DNA of 64,000 nt, taken from NCBI GenBank assembly GCA_964016885.1, contig OZ024742.1:273792001-273856000 (forward strand). Reading direction: 5' to 3'. The notes beneath the pieces were generated by a model. It worked only from the letters and a program-made list of their open reading frames with translations. It had not been told where the DNA came from and did no database searches. A program made the position numbers and the translations under genes. Below are positions 1-12,111 of this stretch, piece after piece; position 1 is the stretch's first letter, and each line of letters begins with the position of its first letter. The DNA comes from Eledone cirrhosa. Lineage: Eukaryota.

Positions 1-1494
1 AGCATAATGGTCAAGGGCATCAGGGCAAGGACAAACAACAGAGGGGACAGGCTATCTCCCTGGAAGATACCTCTCTTGATCTTCACGCTTCCCAAGGATA
101 CTCCAGTTGATGTCAACTCTGTCTCCCAGGACCCCATACTCCTGCCCAGCAACTGTCTGATGTTATCTGCCACCCTGAAGATCTCCAGGCTTTTGGTGAT
201 CCAGGAATGAGGCACCATGTCAAATGCCTTTCTGTAGTCTATCCATCCCATGGCAAGATCAGTGTGTCTCCTCCTGCAATTCCCCATTACCATCTTATCA
301 ATAAGCAACTGGTCCTTTGTACCACGTGACTTCTTTCGGCATCCTTTCTGTTCGTCCGGCAACAAGTTGTTTGTGTGGAGGTGATGGTAGATTTCCTCAG
401 ACACAATGCTCGTCAACAGTTTCCACATTACGGGCAGACATGTGATAGGTCTATAGTTGGTAACATCATTACCCTTGATTCGGTCTTTCATTATCAGAAC
501 TGTGGTACCTTTTGTCAACCACTCTGGCACCTCACCCGACACCAAGCAGTCATTGAACATGGCCGTCAGCTTCGGGTGGAGGGATGTTAAATGTTTAATC
601 CAATACCCCTGCACACCATCTGGGCCTGGTGATTTCCAGTTGGTTAGTTTTTTGGCTTGCCCCTTAAGAGTTTCAACTGTGATACTCAAATCAGTCTGTT
701 GCTGTGCCTGCTCACCGATCTCCCTCTGTACTGTCTCAATCCACCCTGCCTGGGCATTGTGTCTAACATCCTGCTCCCATATTCCTCTCCAGAATGTTTT
801 AGCTTGTTCCGCCCCAGGGATCAAGTCGTTGCCTCTTTCTTTCCCCTCAAGCTGTCCAAACAGCATCTTCTGGTTGTTGTCGAACATGCGGTTCTGTTTA
901 TACTGACTGACTCTGTTCTCGTATCGCCTGATTTTGGCACTCTTTGCTACAATGCGTTGCTTCAATTCCTCTATGATAATATTTAGCTTTTTACTCCTAG
1001 TTTTGTATTTTATTTCCAGTCTATTTTTAGTGCCTATGTTTTTTAGTGTCCCATTCAGTAGTGACTCAAGCTTTCCTATGTCATTTCTCATTTCCCCGAT
1101 TTGCCCACTCAGTCGCTTCTTCCACCACGGCTCTGCTCTTTCTTGTCTGTTGTTTCCTCTCGCTTTTATACCAAGTAGTTTCCTCACCGTATTTGCTGTT
1201 GCTTTGAGGATATTGTTGCACTGGTGAAGACTCCTCGCCTCAAGGTATGGGATGACTTTGTTTACCTTAACTGTTGTTTCTTTTAACTTTTTCCTGTCTA
1301 CAAATCTTAGGTTCATAGGTCTCCCACTATCATTGTTCAACTCATCTACCACTAAATTTAGGATGTCAACCGAATCTTGTCCTAGCCCGTCAGCATTCAT
1401 CTCCTCAGTGGCCGTATCTCTGTTCCAGGTATTATTTATCTCAGTATTCAGATCATTGTCTGCTTCGGGTGGTTCCTCCGTTCTCAGGACCTCC
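1..1494 (-). mobile_element. R4/Dong-like non-LTR retrotransposon, 5'-truncated copy (RT region; runs off the window)
   Basis: Colinear and highly similar to 9093-10582 of the longer copy; ends abruptly at a (TAT)n tract. Confidence 0.88.
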
Positions 1495-1497
1495 TAA

Positions 1498-1566
<69 letters not shown>
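1495..1566. repeat. (TAT)n/(TAA)n microsatellite between the Dong-like and Tx1-like elements
   Basis: Direct reading. Confidence 0.98.
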
Positions 1567-1567
<1 letters not shown>

Positions 1568-1776
1568 GGCGACCTACGTAGGAAATCGTATTATCGTGAG
1601 CTCCGCAAAGGTTTGTTATTTCCGTTTGTTTAAAAATTGCCATTTATGGAAAATTTTATTGTTAACTGTTTATAAGCACACATACATTGTTTTCCTAAAA
1701 GGACACCCAAAAAGATTGGGGCCTTGTGCCCAAAATTTTAACTTTTATTATTATCCAAAAATTTCTTTGAAAAAAA

Positions 1777-3761
1777 ATGGCTAATTCCCCTCTGCACGAA
1801 GCAGCTGAAAGCCTTCCTCACAAAATAACACCTCACACCGACACCACCATTGTAAATGTTACTACGTTTGCCAACACAAAAAAAAATATAAGCAGTAGCA
1901 ATATTTTAAATGTGTCTCAGGCAGACATTCATTTCCCGCCATTACCAATGACTGCAGGTGTTAAACCCTCCACCACCACCACCACCGCGACAACCACCAC
2001 CACCACCACCACCGCGACAACAGAAAAAAAAGAAGAAAAAAATAAATTAACTCGTGACGTCGAAATGAAATCAAGCAAAATGGACTCTTCCCCACCAAAG
2101 ACGACTGACGCCACCACCACCACAACTGAAAATAAAATTAATATTAACGATAGCAACAACAACAACAATGACATTATAAATCCGACCCTCAGTTTCGCCA
2201 TCGTAGCAAAACAATTCGAAGCGTTCACGGTAACTCAAGAAGATTTAGAAAATGCCAAACAAATGGTAAAGAAAGATGGGTACAGGGTCAGCCTCACCCC
2301 CCCACCTAATAAAATGGAGCATCGGCGCCTGTGCACCGTGTCGTATAGAACAATAAATGTAAAATCGCGCCGAGTGGAACGGGCATCCGAGTCCCAAATC
2401 CAAAAAGCTTTGGGACATGTGTGGGCAAGAAAAACCCACATCAGACGTGGGCAAAAGTATGGAACCGTGGATGTGTTCTTTGAAACACCAGAGGAGGCTA
2501 GAGAATACTCCATGGCCCCATTAAAAAGTGACGACCTCACACTCGTCCCAAGCTATTGTGGCCAGAGACTCGTAAAGATCAGGGTGACCCACGTTCCACC
2601 GGCCATCGAAATTCCCTGGCTAATAGCGGCTGTCCTCACCGGCATCGAAGCCAACACGAAAATAATAGCAGTAGCAAAAGAAAAGCAGGAAAACTGGTCC
2701 GGATCTGGGATGGAGCTCCTGATCCAAGCGGACCAAAAAAGCATTGAGGAGATCCCAGAGGTAATAGACCTCACTGACGGCAGCCACCTCACGGTAATTG
2801 TCGAGGGCAGAAGACCTAGGTGTGTCGTTTGTGGTGAAGGAACCCACCTAAGGGCTTTCTGCCCTCAGGCTAAAAGGTTGAGGCCACCTCTCCTACCCAC
2901 CCCAGTGACAAAACCATCAACACCACCAGTAGCAGAGATGGCAGCAACAACTGTAGCAGCAACAACAGAAGCAACTATAACAGCAACAACCCCAGCAACA
3001 GTAGCAAAACCAACACCACTACCACCACCAGCAAAACCAACACCACCACCACCCAACGCTTCAGAACTAGCACCAGCGCCTACACCATCCACCACACCAC
3101 AACCAAAACTAACGGCTGTGGAGGATTTTCCACTCCCCGGCCTATCACAACTGGAGACAGATTGTGACGACGAGGAGTGGGAAACGATATCCGGAAAAAA
3201 AAAAGAAACCAAAAAAGAAAAAATTCTCTTCCTTCCCCCTCCAAAAACAAAATACAGAGGGAAACAAATAAACTAAGAAACAAAAAAGTTAGGACAGATA
3301 TGCCACCATCCACACCAGCATCACCAACCCCATCAACCCAAACACCAACACCATCACCATCATCATCCCCAGCACCACCATCACCTACACCACAAAAGTC
3401 ACCAAAAAGCGAAACAGAAACAAACCCACAACAAACGCAAACAAAACAAAACAACCAAAACGATACACACTACACAGCATTAAATTTGAACAACAAGCAA
3501 TTATTACACTACATCCAACACAACACCAGTATCACAGAAAAAGACTACACAACAACCCCAAAATTCACACCACCTCCACACATACAAATCACTCGCATCA
3601 CACAGAAAACGTACATGACACTAAAACAAAAATTCCCCAAAGACATCGGAGACTTCCGACAAGCACTCTCCAGGAGGATTTATAAGGACATCCTTCCTGA
3701 GGAGGCCACAAGCAGTGAAAAGGATGGAAAAGCCGTCCTTCCCCTACGAGAAGTAAGGTAA
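1777..3761 (+). CDS. Tx1-like ORF1 (gag-like, CCHC knuckle), split by a -1 frameshift at an A10 run (3195-3204)
   Basis: ORF 1777-3276 has CVVCGEGTHLRAFC; ORF 3177-3761 continues with NSLPSPSK, which matches NPLDSPSK in the second copy (~13770-13795). Confidence 0.8.
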
Positions 3762-3795
3762 GTGGTCTTTCCCATCTTTTCCACTCCTTTTCAAC

Positions 3796-6700
3796 ATGAC
3801 CTCACTCAGAATAGGCAGCATAAATGCGCGTGGCTTGGGGTCGTCATGGAAGCAGGGCCACCTGCTCAACGACCTCAGGTCACTAAACATAGATGTAGTG
3901 GCCATCAGCGAGACCAGAATCTCCGAAGCACAGGCTTTCGCACCGATCTTCGGCGGCTACGATTTGTACGCATCTCCCAGCCGTCCGGGATCGGGGGGAG
4001 GAGTTGCTGTGCTTTTTCGGAGAGGTTTGGATCTTGCCATACGGGCCATCTTCCTGGACCCAGAAGGTAAGTTGGTGGTGCTGGACGTGACCAGCGGAGA
4101 CGGGCAAGCTTTCAGGTTAGTGGCCGTCTATGCCCCGACAGGAGCAGGGCGGCCTGATTTCTTCCGCCGTCTGGAGACCTTTCTTGGAACGTCCCGCTCT
4201 TTAGTGTTAGTGGGCGACTGGAACGGGATCTTAGATGCACGCTGGGATTGTGTGGGATTAGTGCATAGGGAAGGAGGGTGCAAGAGTCTCACCAACCTGC
4301 TCAGACGTTTTGAACTGTCTGACAGGTACCGAATGGATTTCCCGAATGTACCAATGTGGACTTGGACAAATCGCATAGGGTCATCCAGATCATATCTAGA
4401 TAGAGTATTTTGTAGGGAAATAGATAGGTCTAGCATAGGCTGTCCACAATTCAAGATAGTCAGCTACACGGACCACAAATTCGTGATCTGTGTGCTTGAC
4501 TTAGATAGGCTTCATAGACGAGGACCCGGCTACTGGAAGCTAAACGCGTCCTTACCAGCGCGCAAGGCCTACAGAGACCGGATTAGCGAACTAGTTAAGC
4601 GGGCGTTGACGGGGGCCATCGTCAACAACAAGTGGTGGTTTGCTCTGAAAAGAGCAATTAGAATAGCGTCCATTAGGTTTAGTAAGACTTTAGCAATAGA
4701 GAAAAATAGAGCAGAGGGAGAATTAGTTAGAAAATTAGATGAGGCGCTTAGCAAAGGCATCGCGACCGACGTACTTGCGGCGAAATTGGCCCTTGACCAA
4801 TTCTTCAATGCAAAGCACGAAGGCTGCGTTGTCAGAGCTAGGGTGCGTGCTCTCAGACACGAGGGGACGAAAGCCGTTGAATGGGCCCGAGTGGCGGAGG
4901 CGCGTCGTGGCAACAAAGCCACGATCCGGTCTTTGGTGGACCACGACGGGCGCATGCTACTCGATCCCGGGCAAATGTGTGAAGCTTTTCAGCGAAACTT
5001 CGCTCAACTGTTCGGGGGCAGTGGCGGGCCGGATCGAGGGATGGACTTTAGTGTCTACCTCGACGGACTGCCGCGGCTTTCGGCCACTGAGGCGGAGTGT
5101 TGCGAAAAGCCGATAACAACCGCTGAAGTACGGGATGCAATGACTAGTTGCACAAGGGGCAAATCGCCTGGTTTGGATGGTCTGCCCTATGAACTTTACG
5201 TACAAATGCCAAACTTGTTCGGAGGCCTCTTGGCGGACGTCTACTGCAACTGGCAACAGAACGGGAGAATTCCCAGCTCTGTGAGCCGAGGAGCGGTGGC
5301 GCTGCTGAGAAAGGATCCGAACAAGGGGGATAACATAGATAATTTTAGGCCCATAACTCTGCTAAACACAGAGTTCAAGATTTTGGCCAAGGTGCTAGCA
5401 AAGAGGTTGGCGCTTGTCGTTGTTGGTCTGGTGGGAGAGGCACAGACATGCGCCATTCCCGACAGATCCATCCACGACAACCTCCACCTCATGCGATACA
5501 TCGTAGAGAGGGTAGCTAGGGAACCTGGCACGGGTGGGTCTTTGATCAATTTAGATCAGTCGAAAGCCTTCGATAGGGTCGACCATCGTTACCTAGCGGC
5601 AGTCCTGAGGGCGGCTGGCTTTGGGCCCGTCTTCAGAGGCTGGATCGCTGCCATGCACAGCGACATCTGCTCTGTAGTGAGAGTGAACGGTCACCTTTCG
5701 GAACCGTTCAACATCATGCGCTCGGTCCGCCAAGGATGTCCCCTCTCGTCCCTATTGTACGTATTGACTCTCGAGCCATTACTGCACAAACTGGAGACGT
5801 TGAGGGGGGTCCCGCGCGAACTAGGATGCGGAAGATCCGTGTCAGCATATGCCGACGATGTCACCGTAGTGGTGTCGAACGCCAAACACATCGAGGCGAT
5901 CGCCACTACACTAAGGGAATACGAAGCGGTGACAGGAGCAATGATCAACCAGGAAAAGTCAGTGGGCCTGCAGCTCGGCACCTGGAGAGGCAGGTCCATG
6001 CCGTCCAACAGCGTCGTCGGGCGCTGGACGGACGGACCGGTTAAATTGCTAGGGGTCTGGTTCGGTCCAGACCTCCAGACGGACAAAAACTGGGACGAGG
6101 TGACGAGCAGGGTGGCTTCTCTCACCCAGAAATGGGCCGAGAGGAAGCTATCCCTAAAAGGTCGAGCGGAGGTGGCGAATGCGTACATCGCATCCGTCAT
6201 CTACTACCGCCTGACCGTCGTACCTTGTCCTAAGCCCCGCCTGACTGCGCTGGAGCGTTTGCTCTTTCGCTTCTTGTGGAAGGGACGCGCTCCGATGGTC
6301 AGGCGGTCCATCTGCTGTCAACACCCGCTACATGGAGGGCTGGGCATGCCGTGGCTGATGATGCGCAGACACGCGCTCAGGCTACGACATCTCCACCTCT
6401 TCCTCGACGGTGATCAGGTGTGGTCGCCGTTTGCAAGACACGTTTTTCCCCAGCTCGTCTCCTTGACGGAGCTGCAGTCCTGGGTCAAGCGAAGACCGAG
6501 AGGGAGCGCTTGGAGACTGGAATGTCTTCAGGCGCTCACAGCCCTCGACCAATCGGGCAATGTGATCGGTGGAAACTCCACCTTGGCGTTCTATAGGGGA
6601 TTAGTGGAGGTGAAGAGCGACGACGTACTTGGAGAAACTCTAGGCGTCGACGAAAATCAACTAGCCAATCTCTTCGGAAGGACTTTCGGGCCGGGGCCTA

Positions 6701-7215
6701 TGGACAACTTCCAGAAATCCCTCGCCTGGCAGTGCTACCGAGGAGCTTTGCCAGTTCGGAATAAACTCTACAGGCATGGAGGTGCCGTCAGCCGGGCATG
6801 TCCGAGATGCGCGCAGGGCGACGAAACCGTCCTGCACGCACTCGTCCAGTGTCCGAGCATTGCTGACTTGTGGGTTTATGTCGAACACCTGCTGTCACGT
6901 GTAGGACGGATCCAGCTATCAGCTGAGTCCATCGTGAGGATTGCCCCACCCCCTTCCTTTAGCCTGGAAGGGCAGGCAGTTTTTATCTGTCTGGTGGCCA
7001 TGGCGAAAGAGATAGTATGGTGGACACGTTTGAAAGGGCTGAAGACGAGCACTTACCTCTTCGGTGATGCCCTGATTAACTTTTTCAAATTTCATTTGAA
7101 AAGGAAAATCAGGGTAGAGAGGGAAGTGCTCTCTTCCCAGCATTTTGTTGAAAGATGGGTGAGAGAAGCACGTATGGCCCGAATGAATGGGCCTTCTCTG
7201 AGTATGTGTCTGTAA
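3796..7215 (+). CDS. Tx1-like ORF2: APE endonuclease, reverse transcriptase and C-terminal Cys/His motif, 1139 aa, uninterrupted
   Basis: APE motifs SINARG, SETR, VYAP, GDWN, LDRVF, TDH; RT motifs KSPGLDG, RPITLLN, DQSKAFD, QGCPLS, YADD; CPRC...HALVQC. Confidence 0.95.
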   Translation: MTSLRIGSINARGLGSSWKQGHLLNDLRSLNIDVVAISETRISEAQAFAPIFGGYDLYASPSRPGSGGGVAVLFRRGLDLAIRAIFLDPEGKLVVLDVTSGDGQAFRLVAVYAPTGAGRPDFFRRLETFLGTSRSLVLVGDWNGILDARWDCVGLVHREGGCKSLTNLLRRFELSDRYRMDFPNVPMWTWTNRIGSSRSYLDRVFCREIDRSSIGCPQFKIVSYTDHKFVICVLDLDRLHRRGPGYWKLNASLPARKAYRDRISELVKRALTGAIVNNKWWFALKRAIRIASIRFSKTLAIEKNRAEGELVRKLDEALSKGIATDVLAAKLALDQFFNAKHEGCVVRARVRALRHEGTKAVEWARVAEARRGNKATIRSLVDHDGRMLLDPGQMCEAFQRNFAQLFGGSGGPDRGMDFSVYLDGLPRLSATEAECCEKPITTAEVRDAMTSCTRGKSPGLDGLPYELYVQMPNLFGGLLADVYCNWQQNGRIPSSVSRGAVALLRKDPNKGDNIDNFRPITLLNTEFKILAKVLAKRLALVVVGLVGEAQTCAIPDRSIHDNLHLMRYIVERVAREPGTGGSLINLDQSKAFDRVDHRYLAAVLRAAGFGPVFRGWIAAMHSDICSVVRVNGHLSEPFNIMRSVRQGCPLSSLLYVLTLEPLLHKLETLRGVPRELGCGRSVSAYADDVTVVVSNAKHIEAIATTLREYEAVTGAMINQEKSVGLQLGTWRGRSMPSNSVVGRWTDGPVKLLGVWFGPDLQTDKNWDEVTSRVASLTQKWAERKLSLKGRAEVANAYIASVIYYRLTVVPCPKPRLTALERLLFRFLWKGRAPMVRRSICCQHPLHGGLGMPWLMMRRHALRLRHLHLFLDGDQVWSPFARHVFPQLVSLTELQSWVKRRPRGSAWRLECLQALTALDQSGNVIGGNSTLAFYRGLVEVKSDDVLGETLGVDENQLANLFGRTFGPGPMDNFQKSLAWQCYRGALPVRNKLYRHGGAVSRACPRCAQGDETVLHALVQCPSIADLWVYVEHLLSRVGRIQLSAESIVRIAPPPSFSLEGQAVFICLVAMAKEIVWWTRLKGLKTSTYLFGDALINFFKFHLKRKIRVEREVLSSQHFVERWVREARMARMNGPSLSMCL

Positions 7216-7457
7216 ATTAAAGGTGGAAAACTGGGAGAGGGCACTTGCCCTGGTGGTCAGGGCCACTGTGGTCTTTTAATGGGCTTTCTCCACAAATGTC
7301 CCTTGGAAGTCTCCCCCCTATTGGGGAATTTTTCTTTGTTATTTTATTTCAACCTCTGTTTTTTTACACGCAGAAATGCCCATTTGTACCGTCCTGTATT
7401 GTCCTGTACTGTCCTTAATGTCTACTTTATGTGAACCCTTGTGGTTAATAAAGAAAA

Positions 7458-7458
<1 letters not shown>

Positions 7459-7518
<60 letters not shown>
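7459..7518. repeat. (TAT)n shared by the 3' ends of Tx1 (+) and Dong (-)
   Basis: Direct reading. Confidence 0.98.
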
Positions 7519-7519
<1 letters not shown>

Positions 7520-10500
7520 CTTGAATCTCAGTCATTGATGTTAGCTAACAGGAAAGTCCGTTGGAATGAATATCAAGCCACTACCTGCAGCCTCAGATAT
7601 TCAGGACGTATCGGAGGGTTCTTGCTGTTCCCAGCAAGCATGCCTTTTGAAGCGTTCCAAAAAGCGTGAAGGGGCCGATTTTCTTTAACCATCCCTGGAT
7701 ACCTTTGGAGATAATCCCCAGAGCGACTATGACAATCGGGATCACTTTGACTTCATGGCAGTTCCAAATCCGTTTTACCTCCCAATTTAAGTCCTGGTAT
7801 CGGTTAATTTTCTCCCTCTCCTTCTCTTGCACTCTCGTGTCGAATGGGCAGGCCACATCCACAATCAGGCACGATCTTTTTTCTTTGTCCAAAACCACCA
7901 GGTCAGGTCTATTGTGTTCCAGTTTCTTGTCCGTCTGTATCCTAAAATCCCACAGCACCTTCCCTGGTCGTTTTCTATCACCGACTCTGGCTTATGCTCA
8001 TACCACTTCTCAGAATGTGGTAAATTGTTTACTTTGCATAGGTGCCAGTGGATCACCCTGCCCATCACATCATGTCTCCAGCCCTTATATTGAGTCTGGG
8101 ATAGGTGTTTACACTCGGATACAATGTGAGTCACAGTCTCCTCTCTCTCTCCACAGATCCTGCACAGTGGGCTAGCCTCCTCCTTGTAAATGTGGTGTTT
8201 CAACCACTTCGTTTTGAGGGCCTGCTCCTGCGCAGCCATTAACATTCCTTCTGTAGCCTTTTTGAGGTCTCCTCTTTTCAACCAGTTCCATGTCTGTGGA
8301 TCTCTAAATTCAGTTTTCTCAAAGAAGGTACTATGAAGAGATTTTTCCTGAAGGCTGCTCTTTCTCCTTGATGTTATTTCCTCCTTGGACATCCCCTGGC
8401 CTATTGTCCCCTCCTTCAGTACAGCACTGAGCATTGGCTCCTTACTATCAGTCACGTATTTGTGTAGGTTGTTTTTCTCCATCTGAACACAGTCCTCTAT
8501 GCTGATAAGACCTCTTCCACCCTCAGATCTCCTTAGGTAGAGTCTATCGACATCACTCCTCTTGTGGAACATGTTGTAGATAGTCAATAGCTTCCTAGTC
8601 TTCCTATCCATTTCTTTTTGTTTAGCAACATTCCATCTCAGAATTCCTGCACTGTACCTAATAATAGACACAGCTCGGGAATTTACTGCGGTTATGGCAT
8701 TTCTGCTGTTCAGATGTGACTTCAATACGCTCCATACTCTCCAAAGGTATTCAGTTCTTAACAATTCCTTCATTTTTTTGTTCTTTCTGCCATCAGCCTC
8801 CAGAACGCCCAAATACTTGTATCCTTCCTCAGAGTCAATTTCCTTTATCATCTCACCTGTTGGTATCTGGATTCCGTTACTTCTGCTCAACCTACCTCTC
8901 CTCATCACAATGACTCCACACTTACTATTACCAAACTGCATACATATATCACTGCTGAAAATACGGACAGTGTCAACAAGCACATCCAACTCCTTCTCAC
9001 TCTTCCCGAAGAGCTTAAGATCGTCCATGAAGAGGTGGTGATTGATGGTAAGCTCACCCTTTCCCAACTTGTATCCTGCTCTCACTTTTCGCAGCATAAT
9101 GGTCAGGGGCATCAGGGCAAGGACAAAGAACAGAGGGGACAGGCTATCTCCCTGGAAGATACCTCTCTTGATCTTCGCGCTTCCCAAGGATTCTCCAGTT
9201 GATGTCAACTCTGTTTTCCAGGACCTCATACTCCTGCCCAGCAACTGTCTGATGTTATCTGCCACCTTGACGATCTCCAGGCTTTTGGTGATCCAAGAAT
9301 GAGGCACCATGTCAAATGCCTTTCTGTAGTCTATCCATCCCATGGCAAGATCAGTGTGTCTCCTCCTGCAATTCCCCATTACCATCTTATCAATAAGTAA
9401 CTGGTCCTTTGTACCACGTGACTTCTTTCGGCATCCTTTCTGTTCGTCCGGTAACAAGTTGTTTGTGTGGAGGTGATGGTTGATTTCCTCAGACACAATG
9501 CTCGTCAACAGTTTCCACATTACGGACAGACATGTGATAGGTCTATAGTTGGTAACATCATTACCCTTGATTCGGTCTTTCATTATCAGAACTGTGGTAC
9601 CTTTTGTCAACCACTCTGGTACCTCACCTGACATCAAGCAGTCATTGAACATGGTTGTCAGTTTCGGGTGGAGGGATGTTAAATTTTTAATCCAATACCC
9701 CTGCACACCATCTGGGCCTGGTGATTTCCAGTTGGTTAGTATTTTGGCCTGCCCCTTAAGAGTTTCAACTGTGATACTCAAATCAGTTTGTTGGTGTGCC
9801 TGCTCACCGATCTCCCTCTGTACTGTCTCAATCCACCCTGCCTGGTCATTATGTTTAACATCCTGCTCCCATATTCCTCTCCAGAATGTTTTAGTTTGTT
9901 CCGCCTCAGGGATCAAGTCGTTGCCTCTTTCGTTCCCCTCAAGCTGTCCAAACAGCATCTTCTGGTTGTTGTCGAACATGCGGTTCTGTTTATACTGACT
10001 GACTCTGTTCTCGTATAGTCTGATTTTTGCAGTATTTGCTACAATGCGTTGCTTTAGTTCCTCTATGATAATATTTAGCTTTTTCCTCCTAGTTTTGTAA
10101 TTTATTTCCAGTCTATTTTTAGTGCCTATGTTTTTTAGTGTCCCATTCAGTAGTGACTCAAGCTTTCCAATGTCATTTCTCATTTCCCTGATTTGACCAC
10201 TCAGTCGTTTCTTCCACCAAGGCTCTGCTCTTTCTTGTCTGTTGTTTCCTCTTGATTTTATACCAAGTAGTTTCCTCACCGTATTAGCTGTTGCTTTGAG
10301 GATATTGTTGCACTGGTGAAGGATCCTCGCCTCAAGGTATGGGATGACTTTGTTTACCTTAGCTATTGTTTCTTTTAACTTTTTCCTGTCTACAAATCTT
10401 AGGTTCATATGTCTCCCACTATCATTGTTCAATTCATCTACCACTAAATTTAGGATGTAAATCTAATCTTGTCCTAGCCCGTCAGCATTCATCTCCTCAG

Positions 10501-12051
10501 TGGCCGTATCTCTGTTCCAGGTATTATTTATCTCAGTATTCAGATCATTGTCTGCTTCGGGTGGTTCCTCCGTTCTCTCGACCTCTTAACCTTCCTTTTC
10601 CCACTGGCTCGTTTGCCTGGCATACTCCACCCTCCATCTCCAAGCTAATCTCTCTGCTCAGTTCCTCCAGTTCCAGCTCGCTTATCCACCCATTAGTTCT
10701 TATTACCCGAGCCTGCCCGGCCAATTTTTGTTCATCTAATTTAAATAAACCAATCTCGTTCCAGATGTTATGCATCCGTCTCCTGTAGCCCCTCTCCTTG
10801 GGGTTACTTTTCAGGTAGCATTGCATAACAGTTCTATTCAATTCTTTCGTCCAGTTGGTTCTGGCCCCTTTCCTTCTTCTCCTTCCTCCAACATCAGCAG
10901 TATTTGGTTGACAGTCAGGTTCCTGCTGCTGAGCCAGGGGGCACCTGTTGGGTGAGAGTCTGTCACATGACGTTCTAGTCTCCATTTCACCGTTATTCGA
11001 ACTGTTTATGTTCGATATTTAAACACTCTTATCGAGGATTGGCGAATGTATGTTTACATAGCCATCTGTGGATCCGCCATCCCACTTGGCCCTTGTGTGG
11101 CATTATCACCACGCTGTATACGAACACACATAAACAAACAAACACACAGGCAGAAAGGGCCCCAAAAATGAATAAGCATAAGTTTCATTGTAATGTAGTG
11201 TTCGAATGTCTGACTTAGTTTTAGTTCTTTAAGTTTTACTTTTTCCCCCCTCTTCTCTGTCCGTCCGCCTGCTTCTCTCTTCATTCTTATTTTCTTTACG
11301 TTTTTGGGGTTTCTTTTTTTTTGTTTTTGTTTTTCTCTGTTTGTTTTTCTCGTTTTTTGCTGTTGTTGCTGTGCTGCTTTGGTTTTGTTGTTTGTTTTTT
11401 CTTTTTTCTTTTGGGTCTATCTATATATTTTGATGCCTTCCTCTTTGTTAGTAGTAGGAATTCTATAATGTGGAAGTAGCAGCCAGCAGGGGGAAGTGGG
11501 AGACTGGCGGCGTTAGCGATACTGAGACAGTGGTGGTGGTGATGTCGATACCGAGGCAGTGGTGGCGGTGATGTGACCGTATTACTGTAGTGATGGTGCT
11601 GTAGCGGAGTCAAGGGGTGGTGGCGGCGGTGATGGGATAGTGGTGGTAATGATGGCCGTAGTGAGCGGTGGCGGTGAAGGTGAAAATGTGTCGTTATCTG
11701 GCTGTTGTGTTTAGTGTACACAGATGATGGGGTGGGTGGTGTATCTAGTTTCTGGTGTTGGTGAGTTTAGCTGTCCTATATAGTGTAGCCAGAGGAGGGG
11801 AGGGGTTCTTCTTCCATTTATAGCCATTTTTTTTTTGGATATACAGTGTACAATACAAAGTTGAATATTTGAATATTTGAGCCTTATAACAATATATTTT
11901 GGGTCCGAATTTTTGGGGGCTCAAGCCGGGTGCTTTACGTAGCATTTGTACTAAGAGTTGTTATTTCACAAATGGTTTAAATATGTTAAAAATTCAAAAC
12001 TTACGGGAGCGATTTCATGACCTCCGTCACCTCGTGCGTCTTCTTCCCTTG

Positions 12052-12052
<1 letters not shown>
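7519..12052 (-). mobile_element. R4/Dong-like RT plus restriction-like endonuclease (REL) retrotransposon, near full length
   Basis: 3' end abuts (TAA)n on its sense strand. The 5' boundary beyond ~10990 is inferred from the next (TAT)n tract. Confidence 0.82.
7593..10985 (-). pseudogene. Frameshifted Dong/R4 ORF (N-terminus 10545-10985; RT 7865-10444; REL 7593-7958)
   Basis: WKSPGPDG, YRPITCL, DYRKAFD, GIFQGDSLSP, FMDDLK; CRICG...HIVSEC; RHD; RPDLVVLD...IVDVACPFD...EKI..Y. Confidence 0.9.
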
Positions 12053-12095
<43 letters not shown>

Positions 12096-12111
12096 TTATT
12101 ATTGTTGTTAT
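12053..12111. repeat. Degenerate (TAT)n microsatellite
   Basis: Direct reading. Confidence 0.95.

Larger units (their letters stand above)
1567..7458 (+). mobile_element. Apparently full-length Tx1-like (L1 group) non-LTR retrotransposon
   Basis: 5' leader, ORF1, ORF2, 3' UTR with AATAAA at 7447-7452; (TAT)n on both sides and no poly(A) tail. Confidence 0.9.

Noticed and set aside
7-1497. Plus-strand ORFs over the Dong elements and minus-strand ORFs over Tx1
   Set aside because: Antisense shadows of the RT ORFs.
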